64,000 bases of DNA. Origin: Thermodesulfobacteriota bacterium. Its GTDB lineage: Bacteria > Desulfobacterota > Binatia > Bin18. The notes beneath the pieces were generated by a model. That model had not been told where the DNA came from. It saw nothing but the letters and a program-made list of their open reading frames with translations, and searched no databases. The position numbers were made by a program, and so were the translations under genes. Numbering within the stretch: the stretch's first letter is position 1; each line of letters opens with the position of its first letter. Positions 59,940-64,000 of this stretch are shown piece after piece. The stretch covers positions 3,584,001 to 3,648,000 of the forward strand of contig OZ219926.1 of assembly GCA_964291405.2 (NCBI GenBank). Reading direction: 5' to 3'.

Positions 59940-61488
59940 CGTGGCGCATGAAGCGATACCGATCAGAGAAGTACTCATCCCGAGAAATGAGAAGGTCACG
60001 CCTGCCGACTATCCTGAGTTGCCTTATATTGGTCTTGACGACATTGAAGCTCATTCCATGCGTTTGCTCGGTTCAAAACCCGCTGCAAGCATGAAAAGTT
60101 CTGCCAAACGTTTCTATCCTGGCGATGTGCTTTACTCGCGGCTCCGTCCATATCTGAACAAAGTCTGGCTGTCGGACCGCAACGGTATTTGCTCATCCGA
60201 GTTCATCGTGATGCCCGGCAATCAGCTCGTGGACCCCGGCTTTCTCGCACTCAGGCTCAACGCGATAGATTTCGTTTCATTCGCAAACAGCTTGAATGCG
60301 GGCGATAGACCACGCGTTGATTTTGACCAAATTTCTTCCTTCTGCCTTCCTCCTTTTTCCTTGTCGCAACAGCACCGCATCGTCACCAAGATTGAGGAAC
60401 TATTTTCCGAACTGGACAAAGGCATCGAAAGCCTGAAAACCGCTCAGGCGCAACTCAAGGTCTATCGCCAGGCCGTGCTCAAGCATGCCCTCGAAGGCAA
60501 GCTCACGGCGCAGTGGCGCGAAGAGAGCAGAGACAAGCTTGAGAAACCCGAGCGACTGCTCGCCCGTATCAAGAAGGAGCGGGCGGTGCGCTACGAGCGG
60601 CAACTCAAGGAGTGGGAGGTTGCTGTCAAGGAGTGGGAGGGAAGCGGAAAATCTGGAAGAAAGCCTCCCAAGCCGCAAAAACCGAAAAATCCATTGCCTA
60701 TCGCGGTTAGTCAGGTAGATAACCCTTTCTGGACTCGCCTTTTCTTGGATGAACTCGCGGCCGAGGCCGTGCTCGGTAAAATGCTGGACAAGGAAAAGAA
60801 TACAGGTACGCCTAGGTACTATCTCGGCAATATCAACCTTCGCTGGGGGAAGTTCGACCTCGAAAACTTAAAGACGATGAAAGTGGAGGAAAGCGAAATC
60901 GAGCGCTACCGCTTAGAAAAGGGAGACCTCGTTGTCTGTGAAGGCGGCGAGCCCGGACGATGTGCAGTATGGGAAGGACAGGAGTCTACCATGCTGATTC
61001 AAAAAGCTCTTCATCGCGTACGTTTCACGGAGAGCTATAGTCCATACTTCGCATATTACTTCATGACTTACGCTGCTAGTTCAGGACTGCTCTCACCAAA
61101 TTTCACAGGGAGTACTATCAAGCATCTTACAGGCAAAGGACTGGGGAGTGTGTTGTTCCCACTTTGCACCTTGGCAGAGCAAAATCAGATCGTGCACTTC
61201 TTGGATAGAGCCTTTAATATATGTGATGAATTAGGTTGCCAAATCGAACGCGAAATCCGACGGTCTAATTCTCTCCGTCAGTCAGTTCTCAGTAAAGCCT
61301 TCTCCGGTCAACTCGTCCCGCAGGACCCGCACGACGAACCGGCCTCGGTTCTTCTGGACCGAATCAGGGCCGAAAGAGAGAAGGCGGTGAAGAACAACCA
61401 CACCAAGAAAACAAAGAAGAGAAAGACGACTGCACGAATACCGCTCCCATCGTCTCCAAAGTCTGGAGATAACCCACCCCGCCACTAA
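59881..61488 (+). CDS. hsdS: Type I restriction enzyme S subunit
   Basis: GDVLYSRLRPYLNK (TRD1), QHRIV.KIEELFSELD, LRQSVL.KAFSG.LV.QDP.DEPAS.LL.RI. Confidence 0.93.
   Translation: MKEEGRRKKAEVAELRTRTNVAHEAIPIREVLIPRNEKVTPADYPELPYIGLDDIEAHSMRLLGSKPAASMKSSAKRFYPGDVLYSRLRPYLNKVWLSDRNGICSSEFIVMPGNQLVDPGFLALRLNAIDFVSFANSLNAGDRPRVDFDQISSFCLPPFSLSQQHRIVTKIEELFSELDKGIESLKTAQAQLKVYRQAVLKHALEGKLTAQWREESRDKLEKPERLLARIKKERAVRYERQLKEWEVAVKEWEGSGKSGRKPPKPQKPKNPLPIAVSQVDNPFWTRLFLDELAAEAVLGKMLDKEKNTGTPRYYLGNINLRWGKFDLENLKTMKVEESEIERYRLEKGDLVVCEGGEPGRCAVWEGQESTMLIQKALHRVRFTESYSPYFAYYFMTYAASSGLLSPNFTGSTIKHLTGKGLGSVLFPLCTLAEQNQIVHFLDRAFNICDELGCQIEREIRRSNSLRQSVLSKAFSGQLVPQDPHDEPASVLLDRIRAEREKAVKNNHTKKTKKRKTTARIPLPSSPKSGDNPPRH
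61434..61468 (+). repeat. Degenerate duplicate of the hsdM 5' end (ATG changed to ACG)
   Basis: aCgaataccgctcccatcgtctccaaagtctggag versus hsdM atgactacgcagcctattgtctctaaagtctggag (PIVSKVW). Confidence 0.85.
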
Positions 61489-61510
61489 CGCGGCACCCCT
61501 CCAGGGAGGG
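61471..61510 (-). repeat. REP-like element, inverted partner of 55669-55708
   Basis: aacccaccccg...cgcggcacccctcc...ggg. Confidence 0.7.
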
Positions 61511-61540
61511 AACTACTCCCCTAACTTGATAAAGGACATA

Positions 61541-62155
61541 CTATATTATTCTGAGGTGGGAGGAAGGGATTGGATTCTCAAATTCATATAGCTTAGGGAC
61601 AGCTCTTAAATCCCCAAGAAGAAACCATGTTTGTCCAGTTGGAGGGCGAGCACCGAAAAGCCATATCTCTGCTACTGGAGTCTCTTCCGCTATCTGGGAA
61701 TACAAGGAAGGAATAATAGGTCCGTCTCGGTGGCCGTAAATAGCAACGGTCAATCCGGGAGAGTCGGGATATTGGTTAAGTTTGTTTATGATGTGATACA
61801 GGGTCTCTTTAGAATTCTTCTCGATAGAAGGAAGTTCCTTTAGCTGAACGGGTCTAAACTGGCGTGTTTTTGTCCCGTTCCAGGAAAGCACACAATCATA
61901 ATCGTCCTTCTCGTGTAGCCTTACCCCTACAGGTCTGTTGAGTATGCATTCTTGTACAGCTAAAGCGAATGCAGCAGCCATCCACCACTCTTTTACTTTC
62001 TTATGGTCTTTTTGAATAAGACCGTCCCAACTTAAGTTTTTTTCCTTTGCTTGGCGATAAAAATCCGCGAGTATTGATTCCGGTTGGTAATACTTTAAGG
62101 AACCCCATTGTCGTAACTGCATTTTTGTGGGACCTTCCCAATTCTTTCTGTTCAT
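61541..62155 (-). CDS. AT-rich hypothetical protein, possible PD-(D/E)XK-like nuclease
   Basis: 204-aa ORF with AGAGG RBS; DYD...VQLKE motif; composition differs from the backbone. Confidence 0.55.
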   Translation of the reverse strand: MNRKNWEGPTKMQLRQWGSLKYYQPESILADFYRQAKEKNLSWDGLIQKDHKKVKEWWMAAAFALAVQECILNRPVGVRLHEKDDYDCVLSWNGTKTRQFRPVQLKELPSIEKNSKETLYHIINKLNQYPDSPGLTVAIYGHRDGPIIPSLYSQIAEETPVAEIWLFGARPPTGQTWFLLGDLRAVPKLYEFENPIPSSHLRII

Positions 62156-62526
62156 GGAGTCCTCTTGCCTCTACGCTAGCAGAGTATCAAGCTGCGCCAG
62201 CTCGTCTGTGTATCGCTGAATATCCTGTAGGGTAGTGACAATATCCTTATGTTTGGGCGTCTCCGGCAACACTGCGTTCCGTCTTTTCACACTTCAAGAG
62301 CATATCAGCCCGTATGCGGTCCTGTTCCTCTGTTCCCATACTAACCTCTCCTTCTCATCGCTCTCTTCCATTTTTCTTCGTAGAGACAACCCCCTCCCTA
62401 CATTTGGGCGTGCCATACTTTTTCATTTGCTGTATAACTAAAAAATATAACAATTTGTTCTCCTTCCGCCCTGGACTATCCCTCTTTTTCCGGTACACTG
62501 TAAAAGGTGGAAGAAGGAGGCCAGCC

Positions 62527-62670
62527 ATGATGTCGCTCCTTGAACTTGCCGAACGGTTCCCAGACGAACAAGCAGCCCGGGACTGGTTTGAACGACTACG
62601 CTGGGAGGGGCAGCGCCGGTGCGGGTATTGCCAGTCAGCCCGTACCACAGCCGTGCCCATCGGTCCATGA
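62527..62670 (+). mobile_element. IS1595-family transposase remnant (N-terminal Zn ribbon)
   Basis: AGGAGG RBS; SLLEL..RFPDE.AAR.WFE..RW....C..C.S, then premature stop. Confidence 0.8.
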
Positions 62671-62801
62671 GAATCTATGCTGTGGCATACAGGAACTGAG
62701 AGGCGGTGCCCATGATAAACATCACCGTATCCGTTGACGCCGACCCCCATCGGTCCGTTCGTATTCGGACGACGGTGCTGCCCCGCTCTGGAAAACGTGC
62801 A

Positions 62802-62958
62802 TGGATGGCTCAATAAGTTATTGATTTTGCTTAGGGTTATTTTTGAAGAACGTCTATTTTCTCGAAAATGGTTCGATAAGTTATTGATTTTCCTGACTTT
62901 TGGCCTGAGACCCCCCCCTATGCATCACAAAATGGTCTGATAAGTCCTTGATTTTCCT
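62802..62958. repeat. Three degenerate 30-bp repeats at 63-64 bp period, each with an IHF consensus
   Basis: ATGGnnnATAAGTnnTTGATTTTnCT at 62802, 62865 and 62929; matches YAANNNNTTGATW. Confidence 0.7.
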
Positions 62959-63032
62959 TTGTATCATACAGTAGAACTATGTTTTAATATAAAACTCGAA
63001 TAGTCCTGTACACCGGCCCAGAGGCTGCTGGC

Positions 63033-63242
63033 ATGGTGTCAACCGGCGGAGGAACGGCGCGGGCAGCGTTGCGCCGTGTGTCCACGGCCTCGCTGATTCG
63101 CCAGGCGGTCAGCGAATTTCAGATACGGGAACAGCGCGGCTCGATTGCGTCGTTTCAAGAGGTGCTCAAGCAGACGGCGGGCATCTGGCAGGCCGGGGAC
63201 GGGCTTGAGTACCAGGAGCGTATGCGCCAGGAATGGCTTTAG
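63033..63242 (+). pseudogene. CopG/RHH (VapB-like) antitoxin remnant with no adjacent toxin
   Basis: S.ASLIRQAV..F, AGIW..GDGLEYQERMR.EW. Confidence 0.6.
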
Positions 63243-63278
63243 AGGGCAACCCTCCAAGGAGGGGGTCAAGAGGGGAGT

Positions 63279-64000
63279 ATGACTACGCAGCCTATTGTCT
63301 CTAAAGTCTGGAGCTTCTGCACCACCCTGCGCGATGACGGGGTGAGCTATGGCGACTACCTGGAACAGCTCACCTATCTGATCTTTCTCAAGATGGCCGA
63401 CGAGTACGCCACACCGCCCTACAACCGCAATGTCGGCATCCCTGCCGAATACGACTGGCAGAGCCTGAAGTCGAAAAAAGGCGCGGAGCTTGAAAGCCAC
63501 TACGTCACCCTGCTTCGCGAGCTTGGCACCAGGAAAGGTATGCTGGGCCAGATTTTTACCAAGGCCCAGAACAAGATTCAGGACCCGGCCAAGCTGTTCC
63601 GCCTCATCGACATGGTGAACGACACCGAATGGGTGAGCATGGGTGCCGACGTGAAAGGGGATATTTACGAAGGGCTGCTTGAAAAGAACGCCGAAGACAC
63701 CAAGTCAGGCGCGGGCCAATATTTCACGCCGCGCGCCCTTATCCGCACCATAGTCGAATGCGTCCGGCCCGAACCGGGTAATCTCATCGCCGACCCGGCC
63801 TGCGGGACGGGCGGCTTCTTTCTGGCCGCCTATGACTTCATTATCAACTCGGGCAATTTCAACCCCGATAAGGAGCAGAAGGCGTTCCTCAAGCACAAGG
63901 CGTTTCACGGCAACGAGATCGTCGCCAACACGCGCCGGTTGTGCCTGATGAATATGTTCTTGCACAACATTGGTGAGATCGACGGCGACGCGCCTATTTC
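63279..64000 (+). CDS. hsdM: Type I restriction enzyme M subunit (runs off window edge)
   Basis: KVWSFCTTLRDDGVSYGDYLEQLTYLIFLKM, GAGQYFTPR, DPACGTGGF; not in ORF track. Confidence 0.95.
   Translation, partial: MTTQPIVSKVWSFCTTLRDDGVSYGDYLEQLTYLIFLKMADEYATPPYNRNVGIPAEYDWQSLKSKKGAELESHYVTLLRELGTRKGMLGQIFTKAQNKIQDPAKLFRLIDMVNDTEWVSMGADVKGDIYEGLLEKNAEDTKSGAGQYFTPRALIRTIVECVRPEPGNLIADPACGTGGFFLAAYDFIINSGNFNPDKEQKAFLKHKAFHGNEIVANTRRLCLMNMFLHNIGEIDGDAPI

Noticed and set aside
58444-60362. Diversity-generating retroelement (Avd-like gene plus repeat pairs)
   Set aside because: No reverse transcriptase in the window; mismatches between repeat copies are not adenine-specific and include indels
62802-62958. 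True CRISPR array (30-bp repeats, 33-34-bp spacers)
   Set aside because: Only three degenerate repeats, better explained as IHF sites; no cas genes in the window

Overview
GC-rich bacterial chromosomal segment. The gene content suggests a catabolically versatile, possibly sponge-associated lineage such as Binatia or Tectomicrobia; this is inference only. About 1-55 kb is dense with catabolic and redox enzymes: four LLM oxidoreductases (at least two F420-type), two Rieske oxygenases, several amidohydrolases, two amidases, hydantoinase A/B, a CamK-like beta-diketone hydrolase, HpaB and three paralogous SDRs. Polyphosphate genes (PPK2, CHAD, CYTH) and small defence or toxin-antitoxin (TA) cassettes (HicAB+Mrr, DUF4258/DUF2283) are interspersed. 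Main unusual features: (1) a tandem array of three secreted, stand-alone Cache-domain proteins (38413-43749) with mosaic variable N-termini, an essentially identical ~470-bp C-terminal module and a conserved upstream hairpin element; (2) a UGSC-type selenoprotein split in the ORF track by an in-frame UGA, with a SECIS-like hairpin and an uncharacterised partner gene (46387-48001); (3) a type I R-M operon (hsdR-hsdS-hsdM) with cassettes at both gene junctions bounded by duplicated gene ends, where a four-helix-bundle gene occupies a slot with the same flanks as HsdS TRD1. No rRNA, tRNA or cas genes were recognised. All family calls come from motif recognition, not database searches.
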